From positions 256,001 to 320,000 of the forward strand of contig CAWFGE010000012.1 of assembly GCA_963815195.1 (NCBI GenBank): a stretch of 64,000 nucleotides of DNA, given 5' to 3'. This stretch comes from an uncultured Planctomycetaceae bacterium. Lineage in GTDB: Bacteria; Planctomycetota; Planctomycetia; Planctomycetales; Planctomycetaceae. The position numbers and the translations under genes are program-made. The notes below the pieces were generated by a model. The model searched no databases. It was not told the DNA's origin and was given only the letters and a program-made list of their open reading frames with translations. This document shows positions 26,993-38,100 of the stretch, in pieces; position 1 is the first letter of the stretch, and each line of letters begins with the position of its first letter.

Positions 26993-29900
26993 ATGCCAAT
27001 CAGCGAAGCGCCCGCTCGACAAATCCGCGAAGCTCAGAAGGGCCGTTCCATCCGCCAGGTCGGGTTTCCGCACCGGGAAGCCCGCGGGTTGGCGGAGCGG
27101 CTCGAAAGAGCCGTCGACGGCGAAGTCCGCTTCGACGCCGGCAGCCGGGCCCTGTATTCCCGCGACGGCTCCAACTACCGCCAGATCCCGATCGGCGTGG
27201 TCGTGCCCCGGAATGCGGACGATGTGCTCGCGACCGTCGCGCTCTGCCGGGAGTTTGGCGCTCCGATCCTCGCCCGGGGCGGCGGCACGAGTCTGGCGGG
27301 GCAATGCTGCAACGTCGCGGTCGTGCTCGATTTCTCGAAATACATGAACCGCATCCTCGAAATCAACGCGGAAGAAAAATGGGCGCGGGTCGAGCCGGGA
27401 TTGATCCTCGATCATCTCAACGAGCGGACCGTGCCCTTGAACCTGGCCTGGGGGCCGGACCCTTCCACGCACAACCACTGCACCTTCGGCGGGATGCTGG
27501 GGAACAACTCCTGCGGCGTGCATTCCGTGATGGCCGGCCGCAGCGTCGATAACCTCCACGAAATGGACATCGTGACCTATGAAGGCCGGCGGATGCACCT
27601 CGCCCAGACCTCCGATGAAGATTACGAACGCATCGTCAAGGCGGGCGGGCCGGAGGCGGAGATCTATCAAAGGCTCCGCCGACTCCGGGACCGATATGCC
27701 GACGTGATCCGCGAGCGGTTTCCCGACATTCCCCGCCGGGTCTCCGGTTATTGTCTCGACGAGTTGCTTCCCGAAAACGGCTTTCACGTCGCCCGCTCGC
27801 TGGTCGGAACCGAATGCACCTGCGCCCTCCTGCTCGAAGCCAAGGTGCGGCTCATTCATCATCCGCCCAAGCGGTCGCTGCTGGTCCTTTGTTATTCCGA
27901 CGTTTACAAAGCCGGCGACGCCATCCCCGAGGTCATGGCCCAAAACCCGATCGGCCTGGAAGGCATCGACGATCGGCTGATCGGCTACATGCATAAAAAA
28001 GGCATGCACCCGGACGATCTGGCTCTCTTTCCCCAAGGCTGGGGCGGCTGGCTGCTTGTCGAGTTCGGGGCCGACACCCAGGAAGAGGCCAACCACCTCG
28101 CCGAGAACGCGGCGTCGGCTCTCAAGAAGTACTGCGAGGATTACGAGATTTACGAAGACCCGGCCAAGCAGGAAAAAATCTGGGAGATTCGCGAATCGGG
28201 ACTGGGGGCGACGGCCTTCGTGCCGGGACATCACGACACCTGGCCCGGTTGGGAAGACTCCGCCGTGCCGCCCGAGCGGTTGGGCGAATATCTCCGCGAC
28301 ATCCGCCAACTGATGGAAGACCACGGCTACGATTGCTCCTACTACGGCCACTTCGGCCAAGGGCTTCTGCATACGCGGATCGACTTCGATCTCAAAACGC
28401 AGAAGGGTCTCGCGACCTATCGATCCTTCATCGAACAGGCCGCGGACTTGTGCCACGCCTACGGCGGCTCGTTCTCCGGCGAGCACGGCGACGGCCAAGC
28501 CCGCGGCGAACTCTTGGGAAAAATGTACGGCGAGGAACTGCTCCAGGCGTTCCGCGAGTTCAAATCCATCTGGGACCCGCAGTGGAAAATGAACCCCGGC
28601 AAGGTCGTCGACGCCGACCCGCTGGACACCAACCTCGTCTTCGGCACCGACTACAGTCCGCCCACCGTCAAGACGCATTTCCATTATCCCGAAGACGGCG
28701 GGGACTTCGCGCACGCGGCCAACCGCTGCGTCGGCGTCGGAAAGTGCCGGCGCTGGGACGGCGGCACGATGTGCCCCAGCTATATGGTCACCCACGAAGA
28801 AAAACACACCACCCGCGGCCGGGCGCGGATGCTCTATGAAATGATGCAAGGCGACGTCGTCACCGACGGCTGGCAAAGCGAGGAAGTCAAAGAGGCCTTG
28901 GACCTCTGCCTCGCCTGCAAAGGCTGCAAAGGCGACTGCCCCGTCGATGTGGACATGGCGACTTACAAGGCCGAGTTTCTTTCGCATTACTATGAGGGAC
29001 ATTTTCGTCCGCGCTCCGCCTGGGCGATGGGCTTGATCGATGTTTGGGCGAGGCTCGCCTCCAAGATGCCCCGCGTGGTCAACTACTTCGCGTCGGCTCC
29101 GGGCTTCAGTCCGATCGTCAAATGGATGGGCGGCGTCGCCCAGGAACGCAAAATGCCCGCCTTCGCCGCCGAGCCCTTCACGCGCTGGTTCCGTCATCGG
29201 CAAGATCGCAGAACTTCCGGCCCGCCCGTGCTCTTGTGGCCGGATACCTTCAACAATTTCCTGCATCCGGAAACCGCTCGCTCCGCAACCCGCGTCCTGG
29301 AACGGGCCGGCTTTCAAGTCGCGATTCCCGAAACCCATCTGTGCTGCGGCCGGCCGCTTTATGACTACGGCCTGCTCGACCGGGCCAAGATGTATCTGCG
29401 GCGAATCCTCGATCAACTCCGCCCGCAAATCCAAGCGGGCGTGCCGATCGTCGTCTTGGAGCCGAGCTGCCTCGCCGTCTTTCAGGATGAATTGTTGAAC
29501 CTGTTCCCCAATGATATGGATGCCAAACGGCTCAAGCAGCAGTCGTTCACGTTGGCGCAGTTTCTGGAGAAGTACGCCGAAGACAGCAAACTCCCCAAGC
29601 TCGACCGCAAAGCATTGCTCCACGGCCATTGCCATCATAAGTCGATCATGGGGATGAACAGCGAACAGAAACTGCTCGAAAAGCTCGGCGTCGACTTCGA
29701 GGCTCCTGAAACAGGCTGCTGCGGGATGGCCGGTTCGTTCGGCTTCGAGTCCGATCATTATGACATTTCCATGGCCTGCGGCGAACGGGTGCTCTTGCCC
29801 GCCGTGCGTAAAGCCGCGGTCGACGAGCTGGTCATCGCCGACGGCTTCAGTTGCCAGGAGCAAATCGAGCAGCAGTCCGGCCGCCGGGCGATGCATATCG

Positions 29901-30082
29901 CCCAAGTCCTCGACATGGCCTACGAGGAAGGGGCCCGCGGCCGAATCACAACGAGCTACCCCGAACGCTGCTTCCGCGAGGATCACTCCAAGGAACGCAT
30001 CAGCGGCAAGAAACTTTTGGCGGGCACCGCGGGCGTGCTCGCGGGAATTGTTCTGGCGAAAGTTTTATTGAATCGGCGGTAG
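26993..30082 (+). CDS. FAD-linked, 4Fe-4S/CCG-domain oxidoreductase (YdiJ / D-2-hydroxyacid dehydrogenase-like)
   Basis: RGGGTSLAGQ, GHFGQG..H, SGEHGDG, CVGVGKC, CLACKGCKGDCP, two CCG motifs. Confidence 0.93.
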   Translation: MPISEAPARQIREAQKGRSIRQVGFPHREARGLAERLERAVDGEVRFDAGSRALYSRDGSNYRQIPIGVVVPRNADDVLATVALCREFGAPILARGGGTSLAGQCCNVAVVLDFSKYMNRILEINAEEKWARVEPGLILDHLNERTVPLNLAWGPDPSTHNHCTFGGMLGNNSCGVHSVMAGRSVDNLHEMDIVTYEGRRMHLAQTSDEDYERIVKAGGPEAEIYQRLRRLRDRYADVIRERFPDIPRRVSGYCLDELLPENGFHVARSLVGTECTCALLLEAKVRLIHHPPKRSLLVLCYSDVYKAGDAIPEVMAQNPIGLEGIDDRLIGYMHKKGMHPDDLALFPQGWGGWLLVEFGADTQEEANHLAENAASALKKYCEDYEIYEDPAKQEKIWEIRESGLGATAFVPGHHDTWPGWEDSAVPPERLGEYLRDIRQLMEDHGYDCSYYGHFGQGLLHTRIDFDLKTQKGLATYRSFIEQAADLCHAYGGSFSGEHGDGQARGELLGKMYGEELLQAFREFKSIWDPQWKMNPGKVVDADPLDTNLVFGTDYSPPTVKTHFHYPEDGGDFAHAANRCVGVGKCRRWDGGTMCPSYMVTHEEKHTTRGRARMLYEMMQGDVVTDGWQSEEVKEALDLCLACKGCKGDCPVDVDMATYKAEFLSHYYEGHFRPRSAWAMGLIDVWARLASKMPRVVNYFASAPGFSPIVKWMGGVAQERKMPAFAAEPFTRWFRHRQDRRTSGPPVLLWPDTFNNFLHPETARSATRVLERAGFQVAIPETHLCCGRPLYDYGLLDRAKMYLRRILDQLRPQIQAGVPIVVLEPSCLAVFQDELLNLFPNDMDAKRLKQQSFTLAQFLEKYAEDSKLPKLDRKALLHGHCHHKSIMGMNSEQKLLEKLGVDFEAPETGCCGMAGSFGFESDHYDISMACGERVLLPAVRKAAVDELVIADGFSCQEQIEQQSGRRAMHIAQVLDMAYEEGARGRITTSYPERCFREDHSKERISGKKLLAGTAGVLAGIVLAKVLLNRR

Positions 30083-30102
30083 TGCCGTCTTGGAAAATGT
30101 TT

Positions 30103-30195
30103 GAAAACGTGAGCGGTAGGCGCTAGCCTCCGGTTTCGATGCAGCGATGCTTCCAACGGCGAGACCGGCGCCGACGCCCAGCCGCTCACGTTTTC
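30103..30195. repeat. REPIN-like long hairpin
   Basis: gaaaacgtgagcgg / ccgctcacgttttc 14-bp perfect inverted repeat with further inner pairing. Confidence 0.7.
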
Positions 30196-30233
30196 TGGAT
30201 TGAAATTTCGACTCGATATTCTGGAGAAACCCC

Positions 30234-30725
30234 ATGCAATCCAAATTGCTCAATTCCGACAAGGAACAGACCTATGCCGTCATCTTTGATGAAGGCGACG
30301 AGTTCTCCGAAGGCATGCTCGCCTTCGCCAAGGAGCACAATCTGACGGCGGCGCACTTCACCGCCATCGGAGCCTTCAAAGATGCCAGGCTCGGCTGGTT
30401 CAATCCGGGGACGAACGAGTACGAAGAAAATCCCATCGACGAGCAGGTGGAGGTGTTGTCGCTCGTCGGCAACGTCGCCGAGCACGAAGGCCGGCCGAAG
30501 ATTCACGCCCACGTCGTCTTGGGCAAACGGGACGCCTCGGCCTGCGGCGGGCATCTTCTCGAAGCCCACGTCCGCCCCACGCTCGAAGTCACCGTAATGG
30601 AATCCCCCACGCATCTGCACCGCATCCATGACGAGAAAACCGGTCTGGCTTTGATCCGCCCCAACGAACCCGGCCTGCCCCCGCGCCCCGGTCGCCCCAT
30701 CAACGCCGGCGTCGAAGCGGAATAG
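30234..30725 (+). CDS. PPC (DUF296) domain protein
   Basis: TAIGA, EVLSLVGN, HAHVVLG...GGHL. Confidence 0.9.
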   Translation: MQSKLLNSDKEQTYAVIFDEGDEFSEGMLAFAKEHNLTAAHFTAIGAFKDARLGWFNPGTNEYEENPIDEQVEVLSLVGNVAEHEGRPKIHAHVVLGKRDASACGGHLLEAHVRPTLEVTVMESPTHLHRIHDEKTGLALIRPNEPGLPPRPGRPINAGVEAE

Positions 30726-30759
30726 GCCCATTTTCGTAGCGGCGGCTTCGCATCGATCT

Positions 30760-30858
30760 GAAGAGCCGCGCACGCGTAATGAAGAGCCGCGCACGAAGTA
30801 AGCGGATCAGTTTCTCTTAATTTCGCTTCCGCTCACCGCTTACTTCGTGCGCGGCTCT
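30760..30858. repeat. REPIN-like inverted repeat between convergent genes
   Basis: agagccgcgcacgaagtaagcgg (30783-30805) and its perfect inverse (30836-30858); partial direct copy at 30760; half copy at 16593-16617. Confidence 0.75.
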
Positions 30859-32339
30859 CTTCTTAAGAGTTGCGGCGGGTTTCCGTTTGAATAATTGTCC
30901 TCGAACACGCCCGCGCTCTCATCGACCTCCGCCGGGTTGCCCAGGAGATTATCGACGATCATATTGCCTCGGCACTTGATTACTCTTAAAGAAACGCCCG
31001 TGTCGTTGCCTTGATTGTTCTGAATCAAACAATCGGACACCCGGCTGTCGCTGACATCTTCCATCAACAAACCGCAGCGGCCGAAGTTCAGAATCGTGCA
31101 GCCGGTGAGGTTCATCCGCCGGCAGCCTTTGAGCGCCAGCGCTGCCGCGACATCCCCCACGCCCTGGATGTGATTCGCGGAAATCGTGCAGCCGTCGCAA
31201 TCGCGGAAGATCAATCCCAAGTTCGCGTCGGAGCCGTCGCCGTAGTGGTAGCGCGGATTGCGATCGAACACATTGTTCGCCACGACAATGTTGTCGCAGC
31301 CTTCGACCAACAGGTTATGGGCATAGCCTTTCCAGATCGTGTTCCCGGTGATGGTGACGCCTCGGCTGTTTTTGATCTCGATATTCACCTGCACGTCGGA
31401 GAGCACGTTGTCGGCGATGGTGATGTTGCCGTGGCGAAGCTCCTCGGTGAAGGGCCGCTTCGAGGAGTTGCTGTCGATGCGGATGTTCGCGGAGTTCGGC
31501 GATTCGTGGGCGTGCTGGATCGTGCAGCCCACGATCGCGACCTCGGCGACGGAATTTCCCGTGGAATCCAAGAGCACGTTGGCGGTCGGCTCCGAGCCTT
31601 CGCCGCCCATGTTGCCTTCAATGTCGCAGGTGCCGATCTGCAGGTTGCGGACTTCGCTCTGCCGGACGACCACGCCGCCGCCGTGGTTATAGCTGATGTG
31701 GCAGTTGGCGATATTGATCTGATGCAGGTTCAACTGGTCGAGAAAAACGCCGATGCCTTTGTTGTTATAGATGTGGCATTCCGAGAGGGTCACGTTGCGG
31801 TTCCGCTGGACGAGATGTACGCCGTGAAGCGCCTCGCGGACGGCCACGCGGGTCAACGTGAGCTGCATGGTTCCGCTGGCTTCGATGCCGGAGGCTTCCG
31901 GGTGTCCGCCGACGATTTCGAGGCCGTCCACGGAAGGCGTCCGCTGTTTGTCCCAAACGTTTTGCTGGACGGTGCTCGGGGCGGCGGTGCCGGCGTGCGT
32001 TCCCTTGAACCGAAACGCCGGCCCCGCGCCGGCCATGAGGATTGTCGCCGAGCCGTCGCCGCTGATGGAGGTGTAACCGATCTTGTCCAAGTCGATCACG
32101 ATCGGTTGGGTGATGCGGTAGATTCCTTTGACGAAGCGAACCCCGCGGCCGGAATCCACGGCTTTCTGAATGGCGGCCGTGTCGTCGGTTCGGCCGTCTC
32201 CCGCCGCGCCGAAGTCGAGCACCGTGCGAACCGCGGCGTCGGCCGTTGGGCGGTCTTGGTCGGCCGCCGTCCCGCTGAAAGCCAAACCCGCGAGCGCAAC
32301 GGCACACGCGGCGAAAAAACCAAGCAGTCCCTGTTTCAT
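30840..32339 (-). CDS. Secreted right-handed parallel beta-helix protein (pectate lyase 3-like N-terminus)
   Basis: Signal peptide; VLDFGAAGDGRTDDTAAIQKA; many ITGN/I.NN repeats. Confidence 0.88.
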   Translation of the reverse strand: MKQGLLGFFAACAVALAGLAFSGTAADQDRPTADAAVRTVLDFGAAGDGRTDDTAAIQKAVDSGRGVRFVKGIYRITQPIVIDLDKIGYTSISGDGSATILMAGAGPAFRFKGTHAGTAAPSTVQQNVWDKQRTPSVDGLEIVGGHPEASGIEASGTMQLTLTRVAVREALHGVHLVQRNRNVTLSECHIYNNKGIGVFLDQLNLHQINIANCHISYNHGGGVVVRQSEVRNLQIGTCDIEGNMGGEGSEPTANVLLDSTGNSVAEVAIVGCTIQHAHESPNSANIRIDSNSSKRPFTEELRHGNITIADNVLSDVQVNIEIKNSRGVTITGNTIWKGYAHNLLVEGCDNIVVANNVFDRNPRYHYGDGSDANLGLIFRDCDGCTISANHIQGVGDVAAALALKGCRRMNLTGCTILNFGRCGLLMEDVSDSRVSDCLIQNNQGNDTGVSLRVIKCRGNMIVDNLLGNPAEVDESAGVFEDNYSNGNPPQLLRREPRTK

Positions 32340-32431
32340 GTCGGCGATTCCCGGATACGAGGTAAGGGCTCACGGAATAGCGCGTTCTACCACAGATCAA
32401 GCCCCGCCTCAATTTCGCCGCGGGATTCCGT

Positions 32432-35124
32432 TCACGCTTCGTCCTCGGCTTCGTGGGAATGTTCGCGGCCCAGGAGCCATTTGCTTTTGTTGAGCATGCG
32501 ATACACCGCCACTTTCAAAAAATCGTTGAACAGAAACCACGCCAGCGCATAAGCCCAGATCCAGCCGGCATACTTCCAGCCGATCGGCTCCATGAGCACG
32601 CCGTAAACGGCGATCAAGGTTCCCAAAAGCATCGTGCCCACGGTCGCGCCCATCAGGATCGGAGCCGGCCACGGCTTTTGCCAGAAGAAGTTCTCCCCCG
32701 CCCGCGCTACATAGAGCGTCGAATGCCCCGCCACGTCGAGCTTGAGGAAAATCAACGTCATGATGATGTCCCGATCCACACCCCGGCGCTCGAAAATGAA
32801 AAACAGCAGAAACGACGCCAGGACGCCCGCGATCCCCAGCACCGTGGCCATCGTGAGCACCTCCCGCAGGTTCCAGCGGACCGGGTGCGGTTCGACGCGG
32901 GCGCGGTCATACGCAATCGCCATGATCGGCACGTCATTTAACAGCGCCAACATGATAATCATGATCGGCGTGACGGGTCTGAACTGGAACACGACGATGG
33001 CCAGCGTCATGAACAGAATCACGCGGATCGTCTCGGCGATGCGGAAGATGGAATAGGCTTTCATCCGCCCGAAAATCATCCGGGCCTGCTCGAAGGCGTG
33101 AATGATCACCGACAGCCCGGGTTCCAATAAGACGAGATCGGCCGCGGCGCGGGCGGCGTCGGTCGCCCCGGAGACGGCGATCCCGGCGTCGGCTTTTTTG
33201 AGGGCCGGGGCGTCGTTCACGCCGTCGCCCGTCATCGCCACGATGTGGTCGGCCTTCTGCAGGCGGTCCACGATGTCGTACTTGTCTTCGGGAAAGACCT
33301 GGGCAAAGCCTCCGGTCTCCTCGATCAACTCGATGATCTGCGATTCGTGCCGGCGAACGAACACATGGTTCGGATGCAGTTTCTTCAGCCGCTCTTCGAG
33401 CTTCCCGACCACGTCTTCGCCGATGGCACGAATGTCGTCGGGAGTCGCGTCGGGCTTGAGCCGGGCATACAGCGATTCGGCGACGACGTCGGCGATGGCC
33501 AACAGTTCGGTGGGTTTCTCTTCCTTCAAATCCGCATGGTCGCGGATCTCGCCTTCGATTCCCAGAATCTCCGCAATCTGCCGGGCGATGGCGAGGTTGT
33601 CCCCGGTGATCATCTTGATCTCGACGCCCAACTTTTTGCGCGGGAAATCGTCTCGGCGGAATCGTCGCGGGGCGGATCGAAGAACGGCAGGATGCCGACG
33701 AATCGGAACACCGGCTCCTCGGGCTTTTTGAACGCCACGCCCAAGGTGCGGTAGCCTTTTTTGGCGAAGGCTTCAACCTGCTGTTGGGCGGGTTGGCTGG
33801 CGGGGCTGCCGTCGCACATCGCGAGAATTGCCTGCGGAGCCCCTTTGGTGACGATCAAACGCTCTTGATCGCTTTCCACGGTCGCTTCGGTCCGCTTGCG
33901 GACGGGATCGAAGGGCACAAAAGCTTTCCGCCGGTAAGCGTCAAGCCGGCCCTCGCCGCCGCCCGAATGCAGCGACGCGAAAATCGGCGTTTCGAGCGGA
34001 TCGTTGTTTTCCTCCCGGCTGGCGAGCGCGGCATAAAACAGAATGTCCTCCTTCGCGTAGCCGTCGTAAGTCACGGGATCGCCCAGTTGCATCACGTTCT
34101 TGGTCAACGTCCCCGTCTTGTCGCTGCAGAGAATGTCCACGCCCGCGAGTTCCTCGATCGCCACCAACCGGCTGACGATCGCCTGCCGGCGGGCCAATTG
34201 GATCGCGCCCACCGCCATCGTCACCGACAGCACGGCCGGCAAGGCCACGGGGATCGACGCCACCGTGAGCACCAGCGAGAAGCGGAGGATCTCCGTCAGA
34301 TCCTCCTTGCGAAGGATGCCGGTGATCACGATCACCACGACCATCGCCACCGAGATCAGGATCAGATAGTTCCCGACATTCACGATGGCTTTTTGGAAGT
34401 GGCTCCGCTGCTGTTTCCCGGCGCGGGCGACCAAGGCGACCGTGTTCCCGAAAAACGAGTGCAGCCCGGTCGCGGTCACGACCGCGAGCATCTCGCCCAT
34501 CTTGACGACCGAGTTTCCGTAAGCGATGTCTCCCATGGATTTATCGACGGGCATCGATTCTCCGGTCAGCGCGGACTGGTCGGCTTGGAGATACGCCCCC
34601 TCGATCAGCTTCACATCCGCCGGCACCACGTTCCCGATGCGAAGCTTGACGATGTCGCCCGGCACGAGTTCGCGGGCATCGATCTCTTGCCAACGTCCGT
34701 TCCGCATCGCCAGCGCCGTCTGCGCGAGTTTTTCCTTGAGCAGTTTGAGGGCTTTGAGGGCCGAGGACTCCTGGCGGAAATCGACGATCACATTCACCAA
34801 AAGCAAAACCACAATGATCGAAAAGTCTTCCCACTTCTGCACCGCGGCCGAGAGAATCGCCGCGGCTTCGATCATCCAGGGGATCGGCCCCCAGAACCGC
34901 TTGCCGATGCGCTTTAGCAGCGATTCCTCTTTTTCGGGAAGTTCATTCCGGCCGTATGCCTCTTGCCGGCGTGCGACTTCTTCGTCGGAAAGCCCGCCCG
35001 TCGGGTCGGTTTTTAGTTGGTTTAGCGTGTCTTCAACCGAAACCGATTCGAACGTTTCGGTTTTTTGGGGCGGTTTCGCTTGGCGGGGGGAACGCGGAGC
35101 GTCCACTGCAGATCGTTGGGACAT
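32432..35124 (-). CDS. Plasma-membrane-type H+-transporting P-type ATPase (P3A); frameshift near 33635
   Basis: FWGPIPWMIE, TGES, ASIPVALP, DKTGTLT, PFDP, KGAP, DPPR, MITGD, GDGVNDAPAL, ALLND (TM6 Asp). Confidence 0.92.
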
Positions 35125-35220
35125 CGATTCTCCTTGGTCTCTGTCTCGGTTCCCGCTTTGATCCGACAACAAGACGGCGCACGCTCAGCCGCGCGAGCGC
35201 AACGCCGCACCCGTGGCTTA

Positions 35221-35236
35221 TGCAAAGCCTGTGCCA
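35221..35236 (-). promoter_or_regulatory. sigma54 (-24/-12) promoter upstream of the H+-ATPase
   Basis: Minus strand TGGCAC-AGGCT-TTGCA is an exact consensus, about 95 nt before ATG 35124. Confidence 0.7.
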
Positions 35237-35261
35237 TCGATCTTTCCGCCCGAGAATGACG

Positions 35262-35720
35262 TCAGTCGCCGGTGCCCACGTCGGTTTCGAATGCCGATTG
35301 GACGATTTCGTTCTCGGCCCGTTCATGCTGGCGCAGGTCGGCGATAATGCCTTCAAACTCGTCCCGCGCTTGCTGCCAGGAGTCGAACGGCGGCTCGCTC
35401 ATTTCCAGCCGGCGGCTGAAATCGTTGATCGCGTCCAAAACCTCGCCGTGCTGCTTTTGCAGTTCCCCGGCCTCCTTGGTGAATTGGGGCGCGATCGCCA
35501 AAGCCTGCGCGAGATAGCCGCCGTTTTCCTCCTCCGCGAAATGTTCGGCCAGGAGGCCGTGCAGTTCTTCCACTCGCGTCCCCATCTCGCCGAACTTGGG
35601 CAGGCCGAACTGGTCCAGCTCGGACCACCATTTGCGAAGATCTGTAATCCGGCCCATCAACTCGCGGTGCTCTTCCAACAGCCAGGTCAGCTGATGCGGA
35701 GAGTTGGATTGGTGAGACAT
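35262..35720 (-). CDS. Hemerythrin-like (HHE) domain protein
   Basis: EEH, HFAEEE, QH, HERAEN. Confidence 0.85.
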   Translation of the reverse strand: MSHQSNSPHQLTWLLEEHRELMGRITDLRKWWSELDQFGLPKFGEMGTRVEELHGLLAEHFAEEENGGYLAQALAIAPQFTKEAGELQKQHGEVLDAINDFSRRLEMSEPPFDSWQQARDEFEGIIADLRQHERAENEIVQSAFETDVGTGD

Positions 35721-36166
35721 GGCCTGACTCCTTGATCGCGGTGTGAAAACGAAAATCCCCTGCGGGAAAACCCTCGCGATTTCCAAACGCGGGGCACAAA
35801 AAAAGCCCAGCGGCCAGACAATTCCGGCGGCCGAGCGATCATCGCTTGAAAAAAACGCGCCCATCTCGAGCTCTCGTTATCGGGGATTATATCAATTCGT
35901 CAAACCCCAAGCCAGAGAACCGCCTCACATCTCACATTGAAATCCAAGGAGGATCGGAACGCGCCTCCACCGATTTTGGCGACACAAATGCCCGAACCAT
36001 AATCGAGAAACCCGCCCTAACGTCTTCATTCCGCTTGCATTATAATGAATCGCGCCGTTTCCTTGACTGTTTTTTTCGAACGCATTTTGAACGGACGGCC
36101 GAGCAAAGTCCCGGTCGCCGTCACGCATTCTCAAAACGCGCTCTTCATTTTAGACGGAACGAAGTT

Positions 36167-37726
36167 ATGGATCCCCTCGATCTTCAAGAATACGAATGGA
36201 AAATCCGCGTCCGCCAGTTGACGTTGGACGATTACGACGCCCTCATCACCATGCAGCAACGATGCTTCCCCGGCATGGCGACTTGGAAGCGCGAACACCT
36301 CGAAAGCCAGCTGCACATGTTCCCCGAGGGGCAGCTTTGCATCGAAATCGACGGGCAGCTCGCGGCGTCCTCGAGCAGCCTGATGCTCAAATACTCCCCC
36401 AGCCTCGAATGGCACAACTGGCGGGCTGTCTCGGACAACGGCTTCATCCGCAACCACAACCCCAAAGGCGATACGCTCTACGGCATCGAGATCATGGTCG
36501 ATCCCGAGTTCCGCGGGATGAAGCTCAGCCGCCGGCTCTACGATGCCCGCAAGGAAGTCTGCCGGCATCGGAACCTCGCGCGGATCATCATCGCCGGCCG
36601 GATCCCGGGCTATCACAAGTACGCCGACAAAATGTCCGCCGCCGAGTACGCCGAGCGCGTTTCCACATCGGGACTTTACGACCCTGTCCTCACCGCCCAA
36701 ATCGCGAACGGGTTCGCGCTCCAGGGTTTGATCCCGAACTACCTGCCCTCGGACACCGACTCCTGCGGCTATGCGACGTTTCTCGAATGGAAAAACCTGG
36801 ACTACAAGCCCGGGGCGAAACGGCATTTCCATCCCGGGGTGGAACCCGTGCGGCTGTGCATCGTGCAGTACCAGATGCGGGCCATCCGCGGGTTCGACGA
36901 CTTCGCCCAGCAGTGCGATTTGTTCCTCGACGTCGCTTCCGACTATAAGAGCGATTTCATCCTCTTCCCCGAACTGCACACGACGCAGCTTTTGTCCTGC
37001 GTCAAACCCAGCCGGCCCGGACAGGCGGCCCGGCAACTCGCCCAGTTTACGCCTCAGTACCTGGAGTTCTTCGCCGAGAACGCGGTCAAGTACGATCTGA
37101 ACGTCATCGCCGGCTCGCAGTTCGTCGTGGAGGATGAGCAGCTTTATAATTGCGCGTTCTTCTTCCGCCGGGACGGTTCGATCGAGAAGCAGTACAAAGT
37201 CCACATCACGCCCAGCGAACGCCGCTGGTGGGGCGTGGCACCGGGCGACAAGGTGAATGTGTTCGACACGGACTGCGGCAAGATCGCGGTCCTGGTGTGC
37301 TACGACATCGAGTTCCCCGAACTGGTCCGCATCGCCGCCCAGAAGGGGGCCGACATCATCTTCGTGCCCTTCAATACCGACACCCGCCACGGTTATTTGC
37401 GGATCAGGCATTGTGCGATGGCCCGTTGCGTGGAGAACCACGTGTATGTCGCGATCGCCGGCTGCACGGGAAACCTGCCCTTTGTGGAGAACGCGGACAT
37501 TCACTATGCCCAATCCGGCATCTTCACGCCTTCGGACGTGGAATTCTCAAGAGACGCCGTCGCCGCCGAGTGCACGCCGAACATCGAGACGGTCATCATC
37601 CACGATGTGGACACGGAATTGCTCAAGCACCACCGCGAATCCGGTGCCGTCCAAAACTGGAACGACCGCCGCACGGATTTGTATAAAGTGGTCTACAAAG
37701 AAGACGGGGAGACTTTTGAGGTGTGA
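36167..37726 (+). CDS. Bifunctional GNAT acyltransferase / carbon-nitrogen hydrolase
   Basis: [24 protein letters not shown] (GNAT); FPE, QYK, CYD triad (nitrilase). Confidence 0.92.
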   Translation: MDPLDLQEYEWKIRVRQLTLDDYDALITMQQRCFPGMATWKREHLESQLHMFPEGQLCIEIDGQLAASSSSLMLKYSPSLEWHNWRAVSDNGFIRNHNPKGDTLYGIEIMVDPEFRGMKLSRRLYDARKEVCRHRNLARIIIAGRIPGYHKYADKMSAAEYAERVSTSGLYDPVLTAQIANGFALQGLIPNYLPSDTDSCGYATFLEWKNLDYKPGAKRHFHPGVEPVRLCIVQYQMRAIRGFDDFAQQCDLFLDVASDYKSDFILFPELHTTQLLSCVKPSRPGQAARQLAQFTPQYLEFFAENAVKYDLNVIAGSQFVVEDEQLYNCAFFFRRDGSIEKQYKVHITPSERRWWGVAPGDKVNVFDTDCGKIAVLVCYDIEFPELVRIAAQKGADIIFVPFNTDTRHGYLRIRHCAMARCVENHVYVAIAGCTGNLPFVENADIHYAQSGIFTPSDVEFSRDAVAAECTPNIETVIIHDVDTELLKHHRESGAVQNWNDRRTDLYKVVYKEDGETFEV

Positions 37727-37804
37727 GCGGCTTCGCTGATGGAAGTGCACGGCTACATAATCAAAGGCTCAGGCTTTTTTATAAGGAAGTGCCCCAAGAA
37801 TACT

Positions 37805-38100
37805 TTATTTCGTGTGGATGATTTCCACTCCCGACCAATCTTCGCCCGGCGGATTTTGCCTTAATTCCTCCGCCCTCTCCAACATCTGGGCGGCGGGGTC
37901 GTCGGCGGGAGCCTGCGAGAGGATCTCCCGGTAAATGCGGCATGCGTCGTCAAAGTTTGCCTTCAAATAGGCCGTCAGGGCCTGCTCGGAGAGTTTCGCA
38001 AATTGAAGAATCTCTGAATCGGCCTCCTCCCGAGTGCTTAATGGCTCATAAACTTTCACCGCGTGACGCTTGCCTTTCACGGCCACAATTTCCAATGGGC
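37805..38100 (-). pseudogene. C-terminal remnant of a class III adenylate/guanylate cyclase
   Basis: VAVKGKRHAVKVYE...ALTAY...F..A...NPPGEDWSGV tail typical of sensor cyclases; catalytic core absent upstream. Confidence 0.65.

Noticed and set aside
26780..29986. 1068-aa minus-strand ORF (also 19979-21697, 31011-32552, 46694-48328, 52461-54233 and 4239-5714 on +)
   Set aside because: Antisense shadows of well-supported genes in GC-rich DNA; no recognisable motifs
33628..33640. Programmed frameshift at the A6 run in the H+-ATPase
   Set aside because: A homopolymer indel is the simpler explanation given the window-wide error pattern
35977..35991. Second sigma54 site TGGCGA-N5-ATGC
   Set aside because: Spacing fits but the consensus match is weak
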